A DNA stretch of 64,000 nucleotides. Origin: Octopus vulgaris. Its lineage: Eukaryota. A program made the translations under genes and the position numbers. The notes under the pieces were generated by a model. The model saw nothing but the letters and a program-made list of their open reading frames with translations. It was not told where the DNA came from and searched no databases. Below, one piece after another: positions 13,789-24,515 of this stretch. The DNA is taken from contig OX597819.1 of NCBI GenBank assembly GCA_951406725.2, positions 103,602,001 through 103,666,000 on the forward strand, in the 5' to 3' direction. The first letter of the stretch is position 1, and every line of letters begins with the position of its first letter.

Positions 13789-13834
13789 AACACCTGATGA
13801 AGGCTGGAGAGTAAATCAGCCGAAATTTTGTGGT
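13789..13834 (+). ncRNA. Minimal type-I hammerhead ribozyme motif (PLE-type)
   Basis: AACAC-CTGATGA-A-GGCTG(10 nt)CAGCC-GAAA-tttt-GTGGT: intact CUGANGA and GAAA core, 5-bp stem II, stem I with one mismatch. Confidence 0.6.
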
Positions 13835-14647
13835 AGCAACAAACAAGACGAGGACAAATATCCGTCCAATGTAAAAAATGTAAATATTGTACAGAATTCC
13901 TCATCTCTAAAATATAGAGCAATTTATGATTGTTTCAAAAATTCCATGTTGACTTAATCTTGCATCGTGTTTTTAAACGACTCCACAATTAATGATGTAG
14001 TCATATCCGTTGTACAGATACCCCGTTCATAGAAATGATCCCTCGCAACTCTCTACAAAAAATAATATGCTGAAGTGTTTGTCTACCGCTTAAATATAGT
14101 ACATTAATCAATGTTTATAGTGGACGGCACAGCGGTCACGTTTATAAACATGATTGAAGATAAGTTAAAATGAATTTGTAGAAATAATTGTAAACTATGA
14201 AACAAAAATAATAACGCAAACTCCACTCTTCAGTGTTTATCATTTTATACTCAACAATAATTTGTGGGTTACCAGCTTATTGGGAGTCTTTTCCCCATTT
14301 AGTCATTGTCCGTAGAAGCACTTCTTCCCTAGGCAAGCGCCTGGATTATTTTATCCCAAGTCTCCTGTAATATACCTCCCTGCGCGCGCGACCGAGTGTG
14401 GGTGTGTTCAACTGACACAGTCGTTAACTTGGGTTATTTATTTCGCCTCTTTGCTTTGTGAGTTCAAATCACGCCTAAGTTAACTTCATCTTCATATTCT
14501 CAAAATAACAATACAGAGAAGATTCGTGGAATCTAGTAGTATCTAGCAGTATCTATTTCGGATCCCTATATTCTGAGTTCAAATCCCACCTACTATCAGC
14601 GGAAAAATAAAAGGGTCCTTCTTAGAAGAAAATCCGTTGGTAAATGT

Positions 14648-15030
14648 TGGAAGCACTCCGTCGGTTATGACGATGAGGGTTCCGGTTGATCCGATCAACG
14701 GAACAGCCTGCTCGTGAAATTAACGAGTAAGTGGCTGAGCACTCCAGAGACACGTGTACCCTTAACGTAGTTCTCGGGGATATTCAGCGTGACACAGAGA
14801 GTGACAAGGTCGGCCCTTTGAAATACAGGTACAACTGAAACAGGAAGTAAGAGTGAGAGAAAGTTGTGGCGAAAGAGTACAGCAGGGATCACCACCATCC
14901 CCTGCCGGAGCCTCGTGAAGCTTTAGGTGTTTTCGCTCAATAAACACTCACAACGCCCGGTCTGGGAATCGAAACCGCGATCCTATGACCGCGAGTCCGC
15001 TGCCCTAACCACTGGGCCATTGTGCCTCCA
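14648..15030 (-). mobile_element. tRNA-derived SINE family C, full length
   Basis: Minus-strand head GGAGGCACAATGGCCCAGTGGTTAGG (A box) and GGTTTCGATTCCC (B box). Near-identical copies at 16349 and 18582. Confidence 0.9.
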
Positions 15031-15473
15031 CTTATAGAACTGTAATACATATGTAATGTAAAGGATAGCTCCTCTCTGAATACCTCATTTGTGGATATTT
15101 CATCTTTAATTATCTCGTCTATGGATATCCCATATGTGGATATTTCGTATGGGGGTATCTCTCTTGGTAATATCTCTTTTCTGTACGATATCTCTTTTCT
15201 GTACGATGTTATATAGACATCTATGAGATATCTCCCACGCATTTGTTTTTGTAGCGGAAATGAATCGTAATGATGATACGAGTACGAATATAGATAGCGT
15301 GAAACTTGGAGTTACTAATTTTAAAAAATGTGTATGCGTGCGCACTCGAGTGCGTGCAAACGAAAGCATATATGTATGTATATGTGTATATATGTATGTA
15401 TGGATGGATGGATGTGTGTGTGTGTGTGTGAGTGTGTATATGAGTGTGTGACTACCTAGACAGACAGACAGAC

Positions 15474-15516
<43 letters not shown>

Positions 15517-15517
15517 C

Positions 15518-15561
<44 letters not shown>

Positions 15562-15764
15562 TTCTTTATTAGCCACACAGGGCGGAACACAGAGGGGACA
15601 AAATACAATGTAGAGCTTTTCTTTTCGGTGAAAAAAAGAGAAAAATAAAATTCTGATCAAAAGGGAGCGTAAGACAAAAAAAAAAGACAGACAGACAGAT
15701 AGACAGACGGCCGGACAGATAGATAGACAGACAGACAGAGAGACAGACAGACAGACAGAGAGAC

Positions 15765-15843
<79 letters not shown>

Positions 15844-16059
15844 AGGTCGATGCAGGGAGGATCACCACCGTAAATATAAGCCACACACAAATATTCGCAA
15901 CAACCGCACACATAAAGAGAAGAAAGAAGGGAAAAGAAGTAACTCCTGGGCGACGTAAATTCAATAACAACAATAACAATAATTTCATAAAGTATGCACG
16001 TCAGCGGCACATATCATAAAGTATGGGTGCCAGCGGCACATATCATAAAGTATGGACGT

Positions 16060-16348
16060 CAGGATCTCTTTAACATCGATCCTTTCTCAGCCAGACATAA
16101 TCTGCACTTTCTGCTGCTATTAAAGTACGCTTTACATTTCTCTAGAATCCTCCACTTTATGTTATTCTTGGTGACGCTGTCTTTCAACGACCATACGTGC
16201 TTGGCCAGGGTTGTGGAATTACATCTCTCCTAGATGCTGAAGGACTTGTGGTTGTTATAGCAGGGTCTGAAGGGGCCTTCAGTTGCTCCAATGTACTTTC
16301 GCACGTTTGGTTGTCTATTTAATCCTATTGCTGTTACCTTTACCTCGA
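16060..16348 (-). pseudogene. Penelope-like GIY-YIG endonuclease remnant
   Basis: Minus-strand translation: RKYIGATEGPF..YNNHKSF..NSTTLAKHVWSLK..IKWRILEKCKAY..KCRLCLAEK, with one stop. Confidence 0.85.
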
Positions 16349-16732
16349 TGGAAGCACTCCGTCGGTTACGACGGCGAGGGTTCCGGTTGATCCGAATCAA
16401 CGGAACAGCCTGCTCGTGAAATTAACGTGTAAGTGGCTGAGCACTCCACAGACACGCGTACCCTTAACGCAGTTCTCGGGGATATTCAGCGTGACACAGA
16501 GAGTGAGAAGGCCGGCCCTTTGAAATACAGGTACAACAGAAACAGGAAGTAAGAGTGAGAGAAAGTTGTGGCGAAAGAGTACAGAAGGGATCACCACCAT
16601 CCCCTGCCGGGGCCTCGTGGAGCTTTAGGTGTTTTCGCTCAATAAACACTCATAACGCCCGGTCTGGGAACCGAAACCGCGATCCTATGACCGCGAGTCC
16701 GCTGCCCTAACCACTGGGCCATTGCGCCTCCA
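16349..16732 (-). mobile_element. tRNA-derived SINE family C, full length
   Basis: Same sequence as 14648-15030. Confidence 0.9.
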
Positions 16733-16916
16733 CTCTCAGAAATGACAGCTTGCATCAATAGGCAATGAAATCTAGTTTCTATGCAACGATTAGTAATCTT
16801 GTGGTTGTTGATTAGTGTTCCTGCTGCTGCTGCTGTTGTTAGTAGTAATAGTCATAATCATTGTTCGACCGTGGTCGAGACAATGGAATTTACTATGTTA
16901 CACACACACATACATA

Positions 16917-17827
16917 CAAGTGTCTTCTGCTATAGCCCTGGGCCGACCAATGCCTTGTGAGTGGATTTGATAGACGGAAACTGAAAGAAGCCCGTCGTAT
17001 ATATGTATATATATATGTATGTGTGTGTATATGTTTGTGCGTCTGTGTTTGTCCCCCTAGCATTGCTTGACAACCGATGCTGGTGTGTTTACGTCCCCGA
17101 CAATTAGCGGTTCGGCAAAAGAGACCGATAGAATAAGTACTAGGCTGACAAAGAATAAGTCCTGGGGTCGATTTGCTCGACTAAATGCGGTGCTCCAGCA
17201 TGGCCGCAGTCAAATGACTGAAACAAGTAAAAAGAGTAAAGAGTAAAGAGTAAGCTATTAAGACGAAATCAATCAGTATGAAGGGATTGTGCGATCAGGG
17301 GACATGGTTCCAGGTTCATTCCTACTGCGTGGCACCTTGGGCAAGTGTCTTTTACTATAGCCTCGGGCCGATCAAAGCCTTGTGAGTGGATATAGTAGAT
17401 GGAAACTGAAAGAATCCCGTCGTATATATGTATATATAAATAGGCATAGGAGTGGCTGTGTGGTAACTAGCTTGCTTACCAACCACATGGTTCCAGGTTC
17501 ACTCCTACTGCGTGGCACCTTGGGCAAGTGTCTTTTACTATAACCTCGGGCCGATCAAAGCCTTGTGAGTGGATTTAGTAGACGGAAACTGAAAGAAGCC
17601 CGTCGTATATATTTTTATATATATGTATGTGTGAGTATATGTTTGTCCTCCCAACATCATTTCACATGCTGGTGTGTTTACGTCCCCGTAACTTAGCGAT
17701 TCGGCAAAAGAGACCGATAGAATAAGTACTAGGCTGACAAAGAATAAGTCCTGGGGTCGATTTGCTCGACTAAATGCGGTGCTCCAGCATGGCCACAGTC
17801 AAATGACTGAAACAAGTAAAAGAGTAA
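16917..17827 (+). mobile_element. Cluster of three SINE family A copies (16917-17252 headless, ~17292-17430 partial, 17443-17827 full)
   Basis: A box TGGCTGTGTGG, B box GGTTCACTCC, CORE-like CCTTGGGCAAGTG, internal (TA/TG)n and AGTAAA-type tail. Confidence 0.9.
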
Positions 17828-17909
17828 ACTGACATCTGACTGTTCAAAGAACACTTCAAAAGTTATTAGTAGCGGTGTCTCTTGAAAATAGACAAAGTTT
17901 GATGTCGTG

Positions 17910-18320
17910 GAGTAAAGATTATTTGCCAACATAACATGGCAGTCCTGGTTTAGGATGAATGTTGCTGTAATTTAGCCCCAGGAGACATCGTCTGTGTCCT
18001 TATATTTTCGAACAAGGGAATCTAGCACCCCCCCCCCCCACTCAGCTCAAAACAATATCTGTGTATCGCGAATTTGGCAGCGCCACCTCTAGCCGAGCAA
18101 TTATTCTGTGCTAATGAAGGGAAATAACCCGGAAATCGCAATACACAGATATTGCTTTGAGCTGAGTGGCGGGGGTGGTGCTAGATTCCCTTGTTCGAAA
18201 ATATAAGGGCACAGATCGTGTCATATAGCCAGCTGGAGACGATGTCTCCTGGTGCTAAATTACAGCAACATTCGTCCTAAACTAGGACTGCCATGTTATG
18301 TTGGCAAATGATTTTTATTC
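17910..18320. repeat. Foldback element: ~160-185 bp inverted arms around a hammerhead-like centre
   Basis: TTTGCCAACATAACATGGCAGTCC... at about 17922 mirrors ...GGACTGCCATGTTATGTTGGCAAA ending at about 18308. The left arm has a ~24-nt deletion. Confidence 0.9.
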
Positions 18321-18375
18321 CTAAGTACTGTTGCTGAATATCTCTCGTTGTGAGATTTACAAATAGTAATTTTCT

Positions 18376-18580
18376 AATTTGGTGTCTTGCTGTTGACAAT
18401 TACCGGCAGAAAAAGAGTTTAGCCTCAAACAACACTCATGCTGTCATGGTTGCTACATTAGGGGATGATGCTCTAGTTTTATCAACAGTGTAAAAATGGG
18501 CAGCTAAATTTAGGAGGAGAAGGAAAAGTCTGGGAGATGATCCAGCTTCTGGACGTCCTGAAACTGCCTCCACTGAGGAC
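18376..18580 (+). pseudogene. Mariner transposase N-terminal HTH remnant
   Basis: MVATLGDDALVLSTV*KWAAKFRRRRKSLGDDPASGRP (mariner W...F..G..SLED..RSGRP motif), truncated by a SINE. Confidence 0.8.
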
Positions 18581-18581
18581 A

Positions 18582-18966
18582 TGGAAGCACTCTGTCGGTT
18601 ACGACGATGAGGGTTCCGGTTGATCCGAATCAACGGAACAGCCTGCTCGTGAAATTAACGTGTAAGTGGCTGAGCACTCCACAGACACGCGTACCCTTAA
18701 CGCAGTTCTCGGGGATATTCAGCGTGACACAGAGAGTGACAAGGCCGGCTCCTTGAAATACAGGTACAACAGAAACAGGAAGTAAGAGTGAGAGAAAGTT
18801 GTGGTGAAAGAGTACAGAAGGGATCACCACCATCCCCTGCCGGAGCCTCGTGGAGCTTTTAGGTGTTTTCGCTCAATAAACACTCACAACGCCCGGTCTG
18901 GGAATCGAAACCGCGACCCTACGACCGCGAGTCCGCTGCCCTAACCACTGGGCCATTGCGCCTCCA
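18582..18966 (-). mobile_element. tRNA-derived SINE family C, full length
   Basis: Same sequence as 14648-15030. Confidence 0.9.
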
Positions 18967-19030
18967 CGTTCCCTACATACTGATGGATGGCAGATGATTG
19001 ACAAAAAATCAAAATATCCAATGCTATTCG

Positions 19031-19062
19031 TATTAGGTTGGTGCATAATTATTGCGGCTTTT
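19031..19062 (+). mobile_element. Solo mariner-type TIR
   Basis: TA|TTAGGTTGGTGCATAATTATTGCGG resembles the Hsmar1/MADE1-type TIR. Confidence 0.6.
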
Positions 19063-19131
19063 TTTTTTTCAATAAATTTTAGTCAACAAAAAATTTAAAC
19101 AAAACGCTAAGCAGAAATAGAAGTTGATGAT

Positions 19132-19922
19132 GAAGGCAGCGAGCTGGCAGAAACGTTAGCATGCCAGGCGAAATGCTTGGCGGTATTTCGTCTGCCGTTA
19201 TGTTCTGAGTTCAAGTTCCGCCGAGGTCGACTTTGCCTTTCATCCTTTCAGGGTCGATAAATTAAGTACCAGTTACGCACTGGGGTCGATGTAACCGACT
19301 TAATCTCCTTGTCTGTCCTCTCTGTGTTTAGCTCCTTGTAGGTAGTAAAGAAATAGGTATTTCGTCTGCCGTTATGTTCTGAGTTCAAATTCCGCCACGG
19401 TCGACTTTGCCTTTCATCCTTTTAGGGGCCGATTAAATAAGTACCAGTTACGCACTGAGGTCGATATAATCGACTTAATCCGTTTGTTTATCCTTATTTG
19501 TCCTCTCTGTGTTTAGCCCCTTGTGGGTAGTAAAGAAATAGGTATTTCGTCTGCCGCTACGTTCTGAGTTCATCTTCCGCCGAGGTCGACTTTGCCTTTC
19601 ATCCTTTCGGGGTCGATTAAATAAGTACCAGTTACGCACTGGAGTCGATGTAATCGACCTAATCCCTTTGTCTGTCCCTGTTTGTCCCCCTCTATGTTTA
19701 GTCCCATGTGGGCGATAAAGAAATCAGAAACGTTAGCATGCTGAGCGAAATGCTTAGCGGTATTTTGTCTGTCTATGGGTTCTCAGTTCAAATTCCGCCA
19801 AGGTCTATTTTGCTTTTCATCCTTTCGGGGTCGAAAACTTAAGTACCAGTTGTGTACTGGGGTCGATCTAATCGACTGGCCCCCTCCCACAACATTTCGG
19901 GCTTTGTACCTCGAGTAGAAAA
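19132..19922 (+). mobile_element. tRNA-derived SINE family B, tandem array of about 4 body units
   Basis: Head GAAGGCAGCGAGCTGGCAGAAACGTTAGC. GTTCTGAGTTCAAATTCCGCC...AAGTACCAGTT repeats at about 19200, 19375, 19560 and 19780. Confidence 0.9.
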
Positions 19923-19948
19923 TATTCTATGTCGTACTTAATTTCACT

Positions 19949-20070
19949 AAGAACTATGTTAAGAGTACACGGGTCTGTGGAGTACTCAGCCACTTGCATG
20001 TTAATTTCACGAGCCGTCTGTTCCGTTGATCGGATCAACTGGCACCCTCTTCGTCATAACCGATGGAATG
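19949..20070 (+). mobile_element. Diverged 3' fragment of SINE family C
   Basis: AGAACTATGTTAAG..CTCAGCCACTT..GTTAATTTCACGAGC..TTCCGTTGATCGGATCAAC matches the family-C tail. Confidence 0.75.
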
Positions 20071-20099
20071 CTAGTTACACACACGCACACACACACACA

Positions 20100-20150
<51 letters not shown>

Positions 20151-21208
20151 ATCGTAAAAATGTCTGGTCTGAAAAGAAGGCGTTTAAACCGGATGTATCC
20201 TAGGAACAAGAAATCTCATAGGAGCATCGTCTCTACCAACAGCATCAATGGCGATATTGCTGAGGGTGTGGTAGTAAACTGAGCCCACATCATCATCTTT
20301 AACATGTCTCACAGCTAGAACCTTTTACTAAATATTTTATCCAATCATTTATCGCCAGAATTGCAGCTTCTACATGGGATCACATTCTCATCAGACATTA
20401 ATTTACACAAGTTGAAAAAAGATATCATCTACATTCATATTAACAGTTTAGGAAAGCCTGCAGATGTTCTCTTGCTCGCAATTTATATTCATACAAATAA
20501 GAATGTCTAACAAAGGTACATAGCCAAAAATTTTATAGGAGGAAATAATGTCAACTATATTGACCCACTCCTTATCTAGTGTTTTCTTTCATTGCCCACA
20601 AAAAAAGAGAAATGTGAAGTGTGTTGACAATGCTAACTAACCCTTTCATGACTTAAATTCTGATAGGTAAACTGTTTCATTAAATCTCTAGGTCCAGTTT
20701 AGCATACAGTAAACGTGGCCATTTACAATTTAGTATGCTATCTGTTGCCAATTCTAGACCATAGCTCTAACCCTAACATAAACCATAACAAGGCATAGTC
20801 TACATAGTTACAAGCAGATAGACACTCTACTGACCTTCTCACCTTTATCTCATAATTTTGTTGATCCAAACACCTGATTAATAATTAAAGAAAGTAGCTA
20901 TTTTACTAAGACTGTTCAAATTGATTATGTGTATTTCATTGGGAACATGACTATAAAAGAACTTAGCATCAAATTTGATTTCAACTTACATTTTCCACAG
21001 CTATTCTAACAACAGTGTAACAATACTTCTGTAACCTCTCAGAGGAAACATGACTCCTCATTCACTCCTCTCCACCCTTCATTTAAGGTTTAAGAATAAT
21101 TCTATAATTGTTGTAAACTGGAATGGAACTTACTCTCTTTCTGCTCACATCCATTCTCCATTTAATGCTGCTTGGTTTGCATCTTTTAGAGATATAGATT
21201 AGATATAA

Positions 21209-21601
21209 CTAGCAGTATCGCCCGGCGTTGCTCGGGTTTGTAAGGGAAATAACTATATAAGCATTTTTAGAGAGTTATAGCAAAAAAATAGCAAAAAAAT
21301 GCATTAAAAATGGAAAAAAATGATGGTAAGTTTTTTTTTAAATCGTTGACTCATCGTAGACATTTTTAGAGAGTTACTTCCCTTATATAATAGCAAAAAA
21401 ATGCATTAAAATGGAAAAAATTATGGTAATTTTTTTAAATCGTAGACTCATCGTAGACACGCGCTAATACCCAGAAGGGCTCGATATGAATCACGACTAT
21501 AAGATACCCGGTTTTGGTTAAACTGCACCGCAAAATGTGGGAGTAGTTAGGAATCTAAATCGTAGGAGACAGACACACAACCTCTCTTTTATATATAAAG
21601 A
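21209..21601 (-). mobile_element. Short non-autonomous Helitron (same family as 8312-9147)
   Basis: A|TC...hairpin CCCGAGCAACGCCGGG...CTAG|T, with an internal duplication. Confidence 0.9.
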
Positions 21602-21639
21602 TAAACTCAAAGAGCAACTAGAAAGTGAAAGTTGTATCT

Positions 21640-23624
21640 AACTTAGGATGTCTCATAGATAGTGGTGGCAATGGTGTTGGAGGTGGTAGATGTGGTTATC
21701 ATGGCAGTGGTGGTTGTTGTGTAGTGGTGACAGTGGATGTGTATGATGGCAGCAATTATAGTGTTGGTGTTTTTGTAGAGGTGGTGGTGGTGGCGGCGGC
21801 AGTGGATGATAATGATGATGATGATGATAGTAGTAGTAGTAGTAGCATTGATTATGTTAGGATGTCTCATGGATGGTAGTGTTGAAGACATTGCAGAGTG
21901 TAGTGGTGGTGAAATTGGTGATTTTGAATATGATGCTGGTATTGATCTTGGGGTTGTGGTGGTGGCATTGGAGGTTGTAGTAATGGTTGTAGTGGTGGTT
22001 GTGAAGATGATTCTGATATTGATAGTCTTTGCATTGAGGTAGTGGCAGAGTCAGAGTAAATAATAAGAGCCCAGTTAACACAAGATTCTTAAATTTCGGA
22101 GATCATAAGATAGGGAGCAAGAAGTTAAAAGTTCCAATACTGGCCCAATACCTACACCCCAGATTCTTCAACTATTTTATAAGAAAGGGGTTAATGGCAG
22201 GATAGGGATTCAGCTTTAACATAAATTGTATAACAAAAAATACATAAATAAATTACTGCTCCGACGATGTAATTTTAGTATGTGTGTATGTATGTATGTG
22301 TGTGTGTGTGTGTAAGCAATGCAAACAATGGAAAATAATTTAAACACTCATTTTCTGATGTCTAAGGATGGATATTTATGCGTATGAATCTTTTTCTTTT
22401 TATTTTCTTTCAAATATAATTCTAGGGAACTGAAAAAGCTGTGTACGATGCCAAGCGAATTTAGCTATTTACGATGAGCGGATGTTTATGTTACAAACGA
22501 ATCTGTAGGTCTGTTTACATGTTTACGTTAACTACGTCACAAAATAGCTGTTTACGTCACAGTAACAATATTTTGAGAGGCAGTAAATAATATGAGGTCG
22601 AAAGAAAGAATACCATTGGTTAAAATTCGAATTATTAAACAACGTTAAACTTAGAAATTACAATTCCGTTTTCATTTTGGTTTACAATTATGTTTTCTTT
22701 TGACACATTCTACCAGTATACGAAGTTTCAAATTGTTTAGTTAACTAGGAAAATCTGGCCTTCAAACTGCAAAGATCCAGTGTTTAGTTACAAAAAGTTA
22801 CGATAAGCGGATGTTTGATCTGATGTTTACATTTTCACAAAATAGCTGTCTACGTCACAGTTAACACTATGCAGCGAATAATTTCAGATCAATACAGACA
22901 ACATGATTGGTTAAAATTCGCAGATTTAATCTACGATTAATGTCATAAAATAGATTTTTCTCAAATAAACAAGTTGGAACTAGTGTTTTGTTTTGAGACA
23001 CTCTACCAGTACACGAAGTTTCAAATTATTTAGTTAACTAGAAAGATCTGACGTCCAGGCGACGAAAATGAAAAGATCCTAAACACTTTCAAACTTCGTG
23101 GAGTAGTCTTCCGCTTATCGTAACTTTTTGTAACTAAACACTTTCAAACTTCGTGGAGTAGTCTGAGTATATATAAAATTAGTGCTTTAATTATTTTCCA
23201 TTGTTTGCATGTAAATATCCGCTTATCGTAAACAACTAAATTCGCTTGGCATCGTACACAGCTTTTTCAGTTCCCTAGAATTATATTTGAAACAAAATAA
23301 AAAGAAAAAGATTCATACGCATAAATATCCATCCTTAGACATCAGAAAGATTAGAAATGCAACAAAAATTTAAAATACCGTATCTTTACCTTTCAAACTT
23401 CGTGGAGTATATATAAAATTTGTGTAGATCCTGAGTATATATAAAATGAGTGTTTAAATTATTTTCCATTGTTTGCATTGGTTATGCATATATTTATTTT
23501 ATACACACACACACACATGTATACAAACATATGCATATATATATATACACCTATATACACATATTCTAATGCATATGCATATATGTGTACATATTTATAA
23601 TGTGTGTGTATTATAAATGCATAC

Positions 23625-23690
<66 letters not shown>

Positions 23691-24335
23691 GTTTACATAC
23701 AATATATATATATATATGTTATATACATCTACATGTATATTTATGTATGAATATATAAGTACCACAGAATTTGAATCAAACTGTTTTGATCCATACATAC
23801 ATACATACACACACACATATATACATACACACATACTAAAATTATATCGTTGGAGCAGTAATTTATTTATGTATTTTTTGTTATACAATTTATTTTTAAG
23901 CTGAATCCCTATCATTAACCCCTTTCTTATAAAATAGTTGAAGAATCTGGGGTGTAGGAATTGGGCCAGTATTGGAACTTTTAACTTCTTGCTCTCTATC
24001 TTATGATCTCCGAAATTTAAGAATCTTGTGGATGATGATGATAATGATGATGATAGAAGTAGTGGAATTGATTATGTTAGGATGTCTCAGTAGTGGTTGT
24101 GAAGATGATTCTGATATTGATAGTCTTTGCATTGAGGTGGTGGCAGAGTCAGAGTAAATAATAAGAGCCCAGTTAACACAAGATTCTTAAATTTCGGAGA
24201 TCATAAGATAGAGAGCAAGAAGTTAAAAGTTCCAATACTGTCCCAATTCCTACACCCCAGATTCTTCAACTATTTTATAAGAAACGGGTTAATGGCAGGT
24301 TGTATACCAAAAAATACATAAAGAAATTACTGTTT
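21640..24335. mobile_element. Rearranged copies of the GGATC-TIR foldback transposon (TIR tips at 22778 and 23079)
   Basis: 22515-22778 is the near-identical inverse of 10941-11205. 21640-21885 inverts 11570-11760. 23395-23830 repeats 11245-11560. 22036-22300 is inverted at 23810-24030 and repeated directly at 24090-24330. Confidence 0.85.
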
Positions 24336-24515
24336 TATTCTTTGACAACACGTGTTTCATGAGGTACATCCTCGGGTTCCTAAACCACACCTTGTTTCCC
24401 TGGAACCCCTCTCAAGATGCCACCCCAATCATCAAACCCTGTTAGTGTGTGTGAAGAGACAGAGAGAGTAATGTGTGAAAGAGAGAGATAACTGAAATGT
24501 TTTTACTCGGTGTAT

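Noticed and set aside
14955-15030. SINE heads as functional tRNA genes
   Set aside because: A and B boxes are present, but there is no proper acceptor stem and each continues into a shared SINE body.
18078-18095. CTCF-like motif CAGCGCCACCTCTAGCCG
   Set aside because: Only the GGTGGCGC half matches, and a single partial motif in a repeat is not supportable.
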